Source: Candidatus Binatia bacterium (GTDB taxonomy: Bacteria > Desulfobacterota > Binatia > UBA12015). From it: a stretch of 64,000 nt of DNA. Below, piece after piece: positions 17,566 through 29,236 of this stretch (positions are counted from its first letter, which is position 1; each line of letters opens with the position of its first letter). The position numbers and the translations under genes were made by a program. The notes under the pieces were generated by a model. The model saw only the letters and a list, made by a program, of their open reading frames with translations, searched no databases and was not told the origin of the DNA. Location: NCBI GenBank assembly GCA_029243485.1, contig JAQWRY010000011.1, positions 77,228 to 141,227 of the forward strand, given 5' to 3'.

Positions 17566-20500
17566 TCAAGGCTCGACCTCTATTTCGACGATGTCCGTCA
17601 GCTCGGCGGAAAACTCGTCCGCGGGCCACGTCGCCGTGATCGTCGCGGTGCCGACGCCCACCATCTGCCCCCAGTTCGGCTGGAGCCCCGCGTCGGCGCC
17701 CATCGCAAGGACGGCCGGGTTCGACGACGTCCACGTGGGAATCTGGTTCACCCCCTGCGTTGCCCCGGAGGCGTACTCGACGCGCGCCTTCAGTTTCAAC
17801 GGCTCGCCCACCTGGCCTCGGAACACGCCATCCTTGTCGGCCTCGGGGACGCTCTCGAAGATCCTCAGGTCGACCCGAACTTTGCGCGCGGTGATGACGC
17901 CCTCGGCACTGAAGCCGAAGGCCACGTCGTATGCCGTCACCGTGACGATCCCGTCGTCGAGCCCGGTCACCCGGCCCCCGTTCGGCCCCGTCGACTCGAC
18001 GCTAAGCGCCGCGGGGTCTCCCGACGTCCACTGGGATTTCGCAGTGACGTCGACCTCGTGGCCGTCGGTATAGATCCGGAACGAGCGCAGATTCCGGCCG
18101 TCGGGATAGTCGACGTTCGCCTTTTTTGGACGAACCTCGATGCGTGCGACGGAAGCGGCGTGGCACCTCACGGTCGTGTCGCCCAACGTGTCCGTCGACG
18201 TGAGCAGCGGAGCGGGATCGATCACAAAGATGCTGGAGGAACCGATCGAACGGCAGGTGACGAGGCCCGACTGCGTAACCGCCACCGCCGTCGGATTCGT
18301 CGAGAACCAGAGAAGATCGTCCGTGCGATCCACGACCCCGCCCCCGTCAAGAAGCCCGAGTCCGTACAATCGGGCGGTCTGCCCCGCATCGAGGAGACTC
18401 CGACGCGGACTTTCGCGCAACCCCGGCTCCGGGGACACCTGGAACCCGACGAGCGTACGACCCACGACAACGACCGCGCGCTCGAGACCCACCGACGCGA
18501 TGCCCGTATCCCGATGGGTGGCGATCACCCGCGTGTCGCCGTCGGCATTCGCCCGGACAAGAGCGCCGCGAGCGATCGACGCCACGGCCGTCGAGCCGAC
18601 GGACCAATCCACCTCACTGGTCAGATCGACCACGCTCCCGTCCGAATAGTGACCGAGCGCCTGGAACACCTGCGTGCCCGCAACCGAGAGTGCGACGGCG
18701 CGCGGCTCCACCGAGACGGACACGAGCCCCGTCACGACGTGGACCACACCGCTCTTCGCGTCGGAACGGGTTCGCGATCCCCGATCACTCGCTTCGATGA
18801 TCGCGATGCCCTCCGCGCGAGCGATCACCCTGCCCGGCACATCTCCATCGAGCTCTGCGAGATCGGGATCCAGCGACCGCCAGCGAAGAGTCGCCGTTTC
18901 GTCGAAGGGCCCCGTTCCGTCGTTATAGGTCGCGGTCGCGCCAAGATCGATCACCTGCCCGACCTCGACGACGTTTGACGCCGGATCGACGACGATCCGC
19001 TGGTGCGAACGCACCGTGACGGGCAGCCACGCCGTGACTCCCGTTGCCGGATGCACCACTTCGATCGTCGCAATCCCGGGGCGACGACCGCGAACGAGCC
19101 CGCTCGCTCGAGCATGCGCCACGCGGCGTTGAGCGGACCGAAGCTGAAGATCTCCGATCGGAATCGGAACGGTGGAGCCGTCGACCAGCACGCCCTCCAC
19201 CGAGAACACCTGGTCAGCCCGCTTCGCGACGACGAGGTGGCTTGGGTCGAACCGCAGCCCCACCAGTTCGGCCGGATCCTCGACCGGAGCCGAACCGATG
19301 GCCAGGCGCCCGGTAGTCGCATCGGAGCTCATGCCGGAGACAGGATCAACCACGCGAAGGACGGCGAGGCCATCGGACAGTCCGGTCGCGAGTCCCTTGT
19401 TGATGCCGTCGTCGACCTCCCCGATGCCGGCTCCGGATGCGACGTCCCACACGACGCGCGCGGTGACGTCGACGTTCGTCTGGCCGTCATCGAAGTCCGC
19501 AAGCGCCGTGAACGGGCCCTGCTCTCCCACGAGGAGGCTCGTCCTCGCCGGCGAGATCCGGAGCCGGAGCATCCGCGTGACCTCGATGCGACCCTTCATC
19601 CGTCCGCTCCGACCCGACAGCGGATCGTGCGCATGCACGGTCGTACGTCCTTCCGCCCAAGCCGTAACCACGCCCGAATCGATCGTCGCCACGCCGCGAT
19701 TCCGAACGCGGAGCACGACGCGGTCGGTCACGTCCGTCATCGAGCCGTCGTGATGGACGGCGGTGACGAGAAGCGGTGCACTGTCGCCCGGCAGAAGACG
19801 AACGATGGCCGGATCGAACACCAGATCCCGGATCTGTTCGACAAACGGGGTGAACTCCGGTGTCGGCGTCGCGGACGGCCCCGGCGTCGGCGTGGGAGCC
19901 AAGACCGTGATCTCCCCTTCACTTACCGGGGAGGCAATGCCCGTCACCCCATGCACGGCGGAGATATTCGCAGTGCCGGGAAACATCCCGGTCACCCGGC
20001 CGCGCGTCCCCGCGACGCCCGAGACGACGGCGACAGAAGCCTGATCCGACGACCAGAGCACTTCCTCGGACACGTCCGCACCCAGGCCATTGTCGAAGGT
20101 TGCGAGCGCGGCCAGAGGAAGCTCTTGTGCGATCATCAACTGGGCGCTCGCCGGGCTGAGGTGGAGCTGCTCCATCTCTCCGACCCAGATCTCCGGACGA
20201 TCGGACGTCGACCGCCCCGAGGGGACGTGGTCCACTCGGATGCTCGCGGTGCCGGGCGACAGCGCGTACACGCGCCCCGCGCTGTCCACCGACGCGATCG
20301 CCGGACGGTTGCTCTGATACGTTACCTCGGACGTGATGTCGCGGATCGTGTCATCGTCGAACTCGCCGAGAACGGTGAGTGCGACGACGTCGCCGATGAG
20401 CGCCGCCGCCGCCTCCGGCGACGCGATCACCTCCAACAGCTCCGCATTCGGGTCGGGGGCCGGTTCGACGGTCACCACCGCCGCGTCGTCCTCCGACTCC

Positions 20501-21072
20501 GTTCCCGAAGCCGGATCGCGGACCTGGATGTCGGCCTCTCCGGCCGAAAGTCCATCGACGAGTCCGTTCGAAACGACGGCGACAGCCTCCTCACTGGACT
20601 CCCATTCGACCACGCCCGTGACGTCGAAGCCCATCCGACCGTCTTCCAGCTCTGCGAGCGCGCTGAGGCGCACGTCTTCCCCTACCTCGATCGTCACGGC
20701 CGTCGGTGCGATCGTGAGTTCCAGGATCTCCCACACGGTTACTTGCGGCGGATCGTCGGTGCGCACGCCCGTGGGGAGGTGCTCCACGCGGATCTCCGTG
20801 TCGCCGTCGCCCACCGCGATCACGGTCGAGCCGACGACGATCACCACGTCTTCGTCTTCACTATCGAACGAGACGGCCCCCGTGAGGTCGGCCGTCGAGC
20901 CGTCGTCGTAGAGCCCGGTCACTTTGAGATCGGCCTCTTCCCCGGGACCGAGCTCGATCACTGCGGGCTCGACGAGCAAGTCATCCAGCTCGGGTTCGTC
21001 CGCGAGCGAGATCACCGGGCCGGCGAAGACGCAGGACATCAGAAGGAGAAGTACGGCGAGGAGTTGTTTCAT
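17566..21072 (-). CDS. giant secreted/surface protein built of >=12 tandem bacterial Ig-like (Big_2) domains
   Basis: Signal peptide MKQLLAVLLLLMSCVFAGPV. ~90-aa repeats of the form LxIxPxxxxLxVGxxxxLxxxxxxxDGxxxDVTxxxxWxSSxxxVAxVxxxGxVxAxxxGxAxI throughout (1168 aa). Confidence 0.8.
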   Translation of the reverse strand: MKQLLAVLLLLMSCVFAGPVISLADEPELDDLLVEPAVIELGPGEEADLKVTGLYDDGSTADLTGAVSFDSEDEDVVIVVGSTVIAVGDGDTEIRVEHLPTGVRTDDPPQVTVWEILELTIAPTAVTIEVGEDVRLSALAELEDGRMGFDVTGVVEWESSEEAVAVVSNGLVDGLSAGEADIQVRDPASGTESEDDAAVVTVEPAPDPNAELLEVIASPEAAAALIGDVVALTVLGEFDDDTIRDITSEVTYQSNRPAIASVDSAGRVYALSPGTASIRVDHVPSGRSTSDRPEIWVGEMEQLHLSPASAQLMIAQELPLAALATFDNGLGADVSEEVLWSSDQASVAVVSGVAGTRGRVTGMFPGTANISAVHGVTGIASPVSEGEITVLAPTPTPGPSATPTPEFTPFVEQIRDLVFDPAIVRLLPGDSAPLLVTAVHHDGSMTDVTDRVVLRVRNRGVATIDSGVVTAWAEGRTTVHAHDPLSGRSGRMKGRIEVTRMLRLRISPARTSLLVGEQGPFTALADFDDGQTNVDVTARVVWDVASGAGIGEVDDGINKGLATGLSDGLAVLRVVDPVSGMSSDATTGRLAIGSAPVEDPAELVGLRFDPSHLVVAKRADQVFSVEGVLVDGSTVPIPIGDLQLRSAQRRVAHARASGLVRGRRPGIATIEVVHPATGVTAWLPVTVRSHQRIVVDPASNVVEVGQVIDLGATATYNDGTGPFDETATLRWRSLDPDLAELDGDVPGRVIARAEGIAIIEASDRGSRTRSDAKSGVVHVVTGLVSVSVEPRAVALSVAGTQVFQALGHYSDGSVVDLTSEVDWSVGSTAVASIARGALVRANADGDTRVIATHRDTGIASVGLERAVVVVGRTLVGFQVSPEPGLRESPRRSLLDAGQTARLYGLGLLDGGGVVDRTDDLLWFSTNPTAVAVTQSGLVTCRSIGSSSIFVIDPAPLLTSTDTLGDTTVRCHAASVARIEVRPKKANVDYPDGRNLRSFRIYTDGHEVDVTAKSQWTSGDPAALSVESTGPNGGRVTGLDDGIVTVTAYDVAFGFSAEGVITARKVRVDLRIFESVPEADKDGVFRGQVGEPLKLKARVEYASGATQGVNQIPTWTSSNPAVLAMGADAGLQPNWGQMVGVGTATITATWPADEFSAELTDIVEIEVEP

Positions 21073-21133
21073 AGGAGTCGGGGCCGTGAAGCAGGGCTAG
21101 GGTGCACCGGTAGCCTTTGGTCAAACAGACCAA

Positions 21134-21149
21134 CTTGCGATGTCGCAAG
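21134..21149. promoter_or_regulatory. near-perfect 16-bp palindrome CTTGCGATGTCGCAAG upstream of the Big_2 gene
   Basis: Read directly; lies ~60 nt upstream of the Big_2 start, between the TauD stop and the Big_2 start. Confidence 0.25.
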
Positions 21150-21214
21150 ACCCACGCCAAGAGGCCTCGCAGATCCCTCGCATTCACGCGGGTTCGTGGG
21201 CGTCGAGCGCCCCC

Positions 21215-22180
21215 CTACCCCCGCATTCCAGGCAGGCCGGGCATGCCTGCACGGTTCCGAACCGCGGCCGCAGAGTGCCCTATAGAGGCTACGCGACGCG
21301 CGGGATCGAAGAACGGCCGGTCACCGTCGACCACACACCGATGGACGCTCCGGCGCTGTGGGAAGTGGTCGTTCACGACCCGGTGCACCGTCGAGCGCTC
21401 GTCCCAGATCGCGAGGTCGCCCGACTGCCACGACCACCGGCAATGAAAGCGTGACTGCTCGATGTGTCGACGCAGGAACGCGAGCATCGCAGTGCTCTCG
21501 TCGTCCGTCATGCCATCGATTCGACGCATGAAGTCGCCACCCCACAGGAGGGCTCGCCGTCCGGTCTCCGGATGCGTGCGAACGAGCGGATGCGTGACCG
21601 GCGGGTACTTCTCTCGCAATTCATCCAGGAGTTTACGCGCCTCTTCCGAGTCGCCCATCTTACGGCTGGCCGCCTCGATGAACGACTCGTTGTCGTGCAC
21701 CACCTCGAGACCGGCGAGCAACTCCTGCATGGTCGACGAAAGCGCCTCGTACGCCGTCGTCATCGAACCCCACATCGTGTCGCCGCCCACCTCAGGAACG
21801 ACCCCTGCGCGCAGGAGAGCGACCTTCGGCGGCTCCGTGGTCCACGTAACGTCGGTGTGCCAGTAGTCCGCCTCGTTCGGGCTGTCCGGACCGTCTTCGA
21901 TCACCTGGAACGTGGGGCCGGTCGCACCCATGAGCTTCAGCAACGGGAAGACGCTGGGCTGACCGAAGCGGTGCGCGAACGCCATCTGCGCCTCGTCGTC
22001 GAGCCCGGAATCCCGGAAGAAGATCACCTCGTTCTCGAGCAGGGCCTGGTGAATCTCCCCGAATGTGGCGTCGTCCAGCGCGCCGAGATTCACGCCGGAG
22101 ACCTCGGCCCCCAGGCTGCCAGTGACGCGACGCAGCTTGATTCCCTGGTAGATCATCTGGACAGTCTGACACACGGACAT
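21215..22180 (-). CDS. TauD/TfdA-family Fe(II)/2-oxoglutarate dioxygenase
   Basis: C-terminal part of ORF 21215..23200: VTGSLGAEVSGVNLG..., HTDVTW (H-x-D), downstream His/Arg pattern of TauD. Start at ATG 22180 or 22156. Confidence 0.8.
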   Translation of the reverse strand: MSVCQTVQMIYQGIKLRRVTGSLGAEVSGVNLGALDDATFGEIHQALLENEVIFFRDSGLDDEAQMAFAHRFGQPSVFPLLKLMGATGPTFQVIEDGPDSPNEADYWHTDVTWTTEPPKVALLRAGVVPEVGGDTMWGSMTTAYEALSSTMQELLAGLEVVHDNESFIEAASRKMGDSEEARKLLDELREKYPPVTHPLVRTHPETGRRALLWGGDFMRRIDGMTDDESTAMLAFLRRHIEQSRFHCRWSWQSGDLAIWDERSTVHRVVNDHFPQRRSVHRCVVDGDRPFFDPARRVASIGHSAAAVRNRAGMPGLPGMRG

Positions 22181-22204
22181 GCCGCATTGCGAAGGGGAAA
22201 CGGA

Positions 22205-24253
22205 ATGAAAATTCGAGTCATCATGCCGATACTGGCAGCCCTGCTGATCGTCGCCTCTGGATGTTCCGACCGCGACGCGGACACCGACGCGCTCACGGTC
22301 GACCCCATGACCACCGAGGAGCCCAGTGACCAGGGCCGGTTCCCGAGACAGCAGTTTCCGATCAGCGACGAGATCGTCGAGGTTCCGACGGGGCCGAACC
22401 GTGACCGGGAAGCGTTCTTCGGAGACCTGCACGTCCATACCGCCTACTCCTTTGACGCGTACGCCTTCGGGACTACCGCGATGCCGTCCGACGCCTACCG
22501 ATACGCGAAGGGCGAGGGCCTTCTGCACCCGGGCGGCTTCAACGTGAAGCTCCGCGAGCCCCTCGATTTCTATGCGGTTACCGACCACGCGATGTTCCTC
22601 GGCCTCGTTCGCGCGGCCGCCGACACATCCACCGAGTTCTCGAAGCTGCCGCTGTCTGAGCCACTCCACGACCTCAACGCCCCCGACAACATGAGCCTTC
22701 TGAGCGTGCCGCAGCGGATCAAGACCTTCGGAACCTTCATCCCCAACGTGCTCACCGGGCTCGCGGACGGATCGGTCGACAAAGAGATCGCCGCTCGGGT
22801 CACGAAGAGCGCGTGGCAGGACACCATCGACGCGGCCGAGCACTTCAATGAACCCGGAGAGTTCACGACGTTCGTCGCGTACGAGTACACGTCGTCGTCC
22901 GACGACCGCGGCAACCTCCACCGCAACGTGATCTTCAAAGACAGCGACCACCTTCCCGCGGTCCCGTTCTCCCGGTTTCATTCGCAGAACCCCGAAGGCC
23001 TGTGGGACTGGATGGACGGCCTCCGCGAACAGGGCATCGAGAGCCTGGCGATCCCGCACAACTCCAACGGCTCGAACGGCCAGATGTTCAAGCTCGTCGA
23101 TTGGGCGGGCGATCCCCTCGATGACACGTACGCGGAGCAACGCGCGCGCAACGAACCTCTTGTTGAGATCACGCAGGTGAAGGGAACATCGGACACGCAT
23201 CCCGCCCTATCCGACTCCGACGAATGGGCCGACTTCGAGATCATGCCCTACCGAGTCGCCACGATGCTGCCCAGCGCGCCTCCTGGCAGCTATGTGCGCG
23301 ATGCGCTCCGGCGCGGACTCTTTCTCGAGGAGCGCGGTGTCGAAAACCCCTACAAATTCGGCTTCATCGGCTCGAGCGATACGCATACAGGCGCGATCTC
23401 GGACGACGAATCCAACTTCTTCTCGAAGGTCGGAATCCTCGACAGCACCCCACAGCTCCGCGGCTCCGTACCCTTGGGCTTCTTCGAATCGATGGCCGCG
23501 AAGTGGGCGCAACCGAATCTCGTGAAGGAATTGGATGGACGAGAGTACGGCTGGAGCGCGACCGCAACATACGGCGCCTCCGGGCTCGCGGCCGTCTGGG
23601 CGGAAGAGAACACGCGCGCGGCGATCTACGACGCGTTCCGCCGCAAAGAGACCTTCGCGACCTCCGGCCCGCGGATGCGCGTGCGCTTCTTCGCCGGCTT
23701 CGACCTGGACGAGGACCTACTCAACGCCCACGACGTCGTCAGCCAAGCGTACGCACGTGGCGTGACGATGGGCGCCGACCTGCCGGCGAAGGGAATCGAC
23801 CGACCGAGCTTCCTGGCGTGGGCGACGCGCGACCCCAAGGGCACACCCCTTCAGCGCCTGCAGATCATCAAGGGATGGTCGGACGCCGATGGGACGTACG
23901 AACGCGTCTACGACATCGCTTGCTCCGAGGGCGCGAAGCCCGATCCGAAAACGCACCGTTGCCCGGACAACGGAGCCAAGGTCAACATCAGCACCTGCGA
24001 GATCTCGACCGACACCGGCAGCGACGAGCTTAGCGCCGTCTGGTCCGACCCTGACTTCGACCCGGCGCAACGCGCGTTCTACTACGTTCGCGCTCTCGAG
24101 AACCCGACGTGCCGCTGGTCGACCTGGGACGCGGTCCGCGCCGGCGTCGAACCGCGACCGGACCTGCCGCAGACCTTGCAGGAGAGAGCCTGGTCCTCCC
24201 CGATCTGGTACCTGCCGACCGGCGAGACAGCGCCCGCGGCCGGCGCGCTCTGA
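22205..24253 (+). CDS. DUF3604-like lipoprotein with PHP-type metallophosphoesterase motifs
   Basis: Internal ATG of ORF 21464..24253: MKIRVIMPILAALLIVASGCSD (lipobox). FGDLHVHTAYSFDA...AVTDHAMF (H-x-H ... D-H). The upstream part of the ORF is antisense to TauD. Confidence 0.6.
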   Translation: MKIRVIMPILAALLIVASGCSDRDADTDALTVDPMTTEEPSDQGRFPRQQFPISDEIVEVPTGPNRDREAFFGDLHVHTAYSFDAYAFGTTAMPSDAYRYAKGEGLLHPGGFNVKLREPLDFYAVTDHAMFLGLVRAAADTSTEFSKLPLSEPLHDLNAPDNMSLLSVPQRIKTFGTFIPNVLTGLADGSVDKEIAARVTKSAWQDTIDAAEHFNEPGEFTTFVAYEYTSSSDDRGNLHRNVIFKDSDHLPAVPFSRFHSQNPEGLWDWMDGLREQGIESLAIPHNSNGSNGQMFKLVDWAGDPLDDTYAEQRARNEPLVEITQVKGTSDTHPALSDSDEWADFEIMPYRVATMLPSAPPGSYVRDALRRGLFLEERGVENPYKFGFIGSSDTHTGAISDDESNFFSKVGILDSTPQLRGSVPLGFFESMAAKWAQPNLVKELDGREYGWSATATYGASGLAAVWAEENTRAAIYDAFRRKETFATSGPRMRVRFFAGFDLDEDLLNAHDVVSQAYARGVTMGADLPAKGIDRPSFLAWATRDPKGTPLQRLQIIKGWSDADGTYERVYDIACSEGAKPDPKTHRCPDNGAKVNISTCEISTDTGSDELSAVWSDPDFDPAQRAFYYVRALENPTCRWSTWDAVRAGVEPRPDLPQTLQERAWSSPIWYLPTGETAPAAGAL

Positions 24254-24262
24254 GCAGAATGC

Positions 24263-26895
<2,633 letters not shown>

Positions 26896-26933
26896 GGCCG
26901 TGCACCGGGGGACACACTCTCGTGCGCCCCCAG

Positions 26934-27633
26934 TCATCGGAAACTCAGCGTGTGCGCCAGATGAGACTTGCCGGCAGCATGAGACGGATCGCGCTCACCT
27001 TCGAGCTGTCGCCATCCTTCACCACGACGTAGAAAAAGTATCCGGTACGAGTGCCAATCGCGTTGCCGGCCGGGTACGTCGCTCCGAAGGGTTCCTAGGT
27101 GCCATCGGCGACTGCCACACCAGTGCCCGGAAACCGTACGTTCTCCACCACGAGGTTCAGCCCGGAGTTCTTCAAGACGCTCCCGTGCTCGATGTCGAAG
27201 AGACGCTTGAGCTCCGCCGGCCTTCAGGCAGGGAATCTGCACATCGAGGCGCGTGCCCTTGTCCCCCACCTGCGGCGACCCCACCGCCCAGCTGATTGCC
27301 GAGATAGAAGTTCCATGCAATCCCGCACGCCGCCATAGGATCCTCGGGATCAATCCTCGGGAACGGCTTGCCGAAGACATGCCCCGGAACTTCGCCGGTC
27401 TCCTTGGACTTGAGTCCATACGTCTCGACGTCGAGTTCATACTTACTCTCGTTCGCCTCCGAGGCAGCTCAGTAGGTTGCGCCCAGGTTGTTCTTGAACT
27501 TCTCGTCGCCGACCGGAACGACGGTGAACGTGTGGTCACCGGACTTCAGACGCTTCAGAACCGACGCCGGCAGGAGGCGCTCGGCCGACGCCACGTCTGC
27601 CAGCAACAGGAAACCGAGCCCCAACGCTAACAC
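26934..27633 (-). pseudogene. decayed gene for a secreted protein (>=2 frameshifts plus an in-frame TAG)
   Basis: Own three-frame reading of the minus strand: GTG 27633 gives signal peptide VLALGLGFLLLADVASA. Protein-like segments then continue in shifted frames (...YELDVETYGLKSKETGEVPGHVFGKPFPRIDPEDPMAACGIAWNFYLGNQLGGG / LFDIEHGSVLKNSGLNLVVENVRFPGTGVAVADGT*EPFGATYPAGNAIGTRTGYFFYVVVKDGDSSKVSAIRLMLPASLIWRTR). The ORF track shows only short ORFs here. Confidence 0.45.
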
Positions 27634-27834
27634 GCCTCAGGCCACCCGAATCGGGGACCTGGTGCTCGTGTCTGTTTGCATGACAAATCTCTCTGCTTCC
27701 TGTGAAGCCCTCGTGGTTGAGACAGCGGTTGGAAAGTCGGGCATACACCACGTCCCAAACGGCGACCAAGCCCCTTGTGAGGCGAAAGATCCCGGAGGCG
27801 TGACCCCCGCGCGGACCCGAGTTAGAGCCTACGC

Positions 27835-28479
27835 ATGACCACGGATGAGACTGTCGACGCCTGGCTCGCACAGGATCCGCTGCCGGAGGAGCCGGCTGCG
27901 ATCGTGGAGAAGTGGCTGAGTGAGGCATTCCAGACCAAACGTCAGGAAAGTCCCCATGCAGTCGCCCTGGCGACCGTCGATCCCGACGGTCGGCCGTCAG
28001 TAAGGATGGTCCTGTGCAGCCAGATCGATGCCGCCCGGGGCGCGTTCACGATGTACAGCAACCGCGAAAGCCGAAAGGGCCGCGCGCTGGCTGCGGACCC
28101 ACGCGCCGCGATCGCCTTCCACTGGCCGGCACGCCAGGCCCGGGTCGAAGGCCGGATCGAGTGGACTCCCGACGAGGTGAGCGACGCCTACTTTGCCGGC
28201 CGACCGCTCGAGGCCCGTATCGGCGCGTGGGCGAGCCGTCAAAGCGAGCCGCTCGCGTCCCGCGCCGACCTGCTCGCCGCCGTCGCCGCCGTTCAAGCCC
28301 GCTTCGGGGCGGTACGCGAGGAGGACGTCGTACCTCGCCCGCCCCACTGGGGCGGACTCACGCTCGTCGCCGAGTCGATCGAACTCTGGGTCAGCCGGGT
28401 CGGGCGGGTCCACGACCGCGCCGTATGGACGCGCCCCGCGCCCGGCGAGACCTGGACCGCAACCCGGCTGCAGCCCTGA
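27835..28479 (+). CDS. pdxH: pyridoxamine 5'-phosphate oxidase
   Basis: RMVLCSQIDAARGAFTMYSNRESRKGRAL...AAIAFHWPARQARVEGRIEW...GAWASRQSEPLASRADL. Full-length PdxH pattern. Confidence 0.85.
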   Translation: MTTDETVDAWLAQDPLPEEPAAIVEKWLSEAFQTKRQESPHAVALATVDPDGRPSVRMVLCSQIDAARGAFTMYSNRESRKGRALAADPRAAIAFHWPARQARVEGRIEWTPDEVSDAYFAGRPLEARIGAWASRQSEPLASRADLLAAVAAVQARFGAVREEDVVPRPPHWGGLTLVAESIELWVSRVGRVHDRAVWTRPAPGETWTATRLQP

Positions 28480-28559
28480 GCGGGTTCAGCCCAACAGCGT
28501 GTCGCCCATCGACAGGAACGCCCGAGACGCCGAGTTGATGTAATGCCAACCGGCCAGCA

Positions 28560-28796
28560 CGGTTCGACGTCGGCACCGAGCTACCGCAAGCGACCCAGGG
28601 CCGCTACAACCTGATCAACGCGCGCCTCAGCTACGACTTCCTGAACGATCCCGCGCAGGTAGCGCTGTGGGGGCGCAATCTGGCGGACGAAACGTATTTC
28701 CAATCCACCTTGCCGATCGCGGGGCCGCTCGGCATCATCCAACGCGGCTACGCGCCGCCCCGTCTGTGGGCCGCAGAGCTCACCTATCAATTCTAA
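28560..28796 (+). pseudogene. C-terminal ~78 aa of a TonB-dependent receptor (remnant; rest of gene absent)
   Basis: Own translation: ...GRYNLINARLSYDFLNDPAQVALWGRNLADETYFQS...AAELTYQF*. Terminal aromatic and N-L-x-D-E-x-Y are typical of the TBDR last beta-strands. No upstream barrel; pdxH ends at 28479. Confidence 0.55.
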
Positions 28797-28797
28797 G

Positions 28798-29220
28798 ATG
28801 AAGGAACAGATAATGCCTCTTTCGAACTCCATCCTCCTCGCAGCTCTCGTTCTCCTCACGAGTTGCGCCAGCCTCACCGGAAACGCAGCACCTCCGATGC
28901 CGATGCGCCCGGGTGTCGTGGAGTTCAACCTTCGGCAACTCGACCCGCAGGGGAATCGGCCCTCTTCCGGCTTTCAGCCTCTCACGTACGAGTTCTGCGT
29001 ACCCGCCAATCCGAATGCGACCGGCGGCGTCGAGAGTATCGACCGTACCGTACGCTGCCACCCGGGGGTCCCGGGCCGCATCGGTTGCCTGCCCAACCAG
29101 GCTCTTTGCGTCGGCAACACCGGTCAGTCGAACTGGGCGAGTGTTCTCGCCGAGCTTTCGAACGAGCCGTTCGTACGCCGGATCATCGACACCGGGATGC
29201 CAACACCGCCGCAGAACTGA
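28798..29220 (+). CDS. hypothetical Cys-containing lipoprotein
   Basis: Lipobox LVLLTSCASLTG. Starts 1 nt after the TBDR-remnant stop. Confidence 0.45.
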   Translation: MKEQIMPLSNSILLAALVLLTSCASLTGNAAPPMPMRPGVVEFNLRQLDPQGNRPSSGFQPLTYEFCVPANPNATGGVESIDRTVRCHPGVPGRIGCLPNQALCVGNTGQSNWASVLAELSNEPFVRRIIDTGMPTPPQN

Positions 29221-29236
29221 CGGGCGCACGCTGCGA

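Noticed and set aside
19003-21285. 760-aa + strand ORF
   Set aside because: Antisense to the Big_2 repeat gene. Arg/Asp/His-rich low-complexity translation.
21464-22204. N-terminal 247 codons of the 929-aa ORF
   Set aside because: Antisense to TauD and Arg-rich. The real product begins with the lipoprotein signal peptide at 22205.
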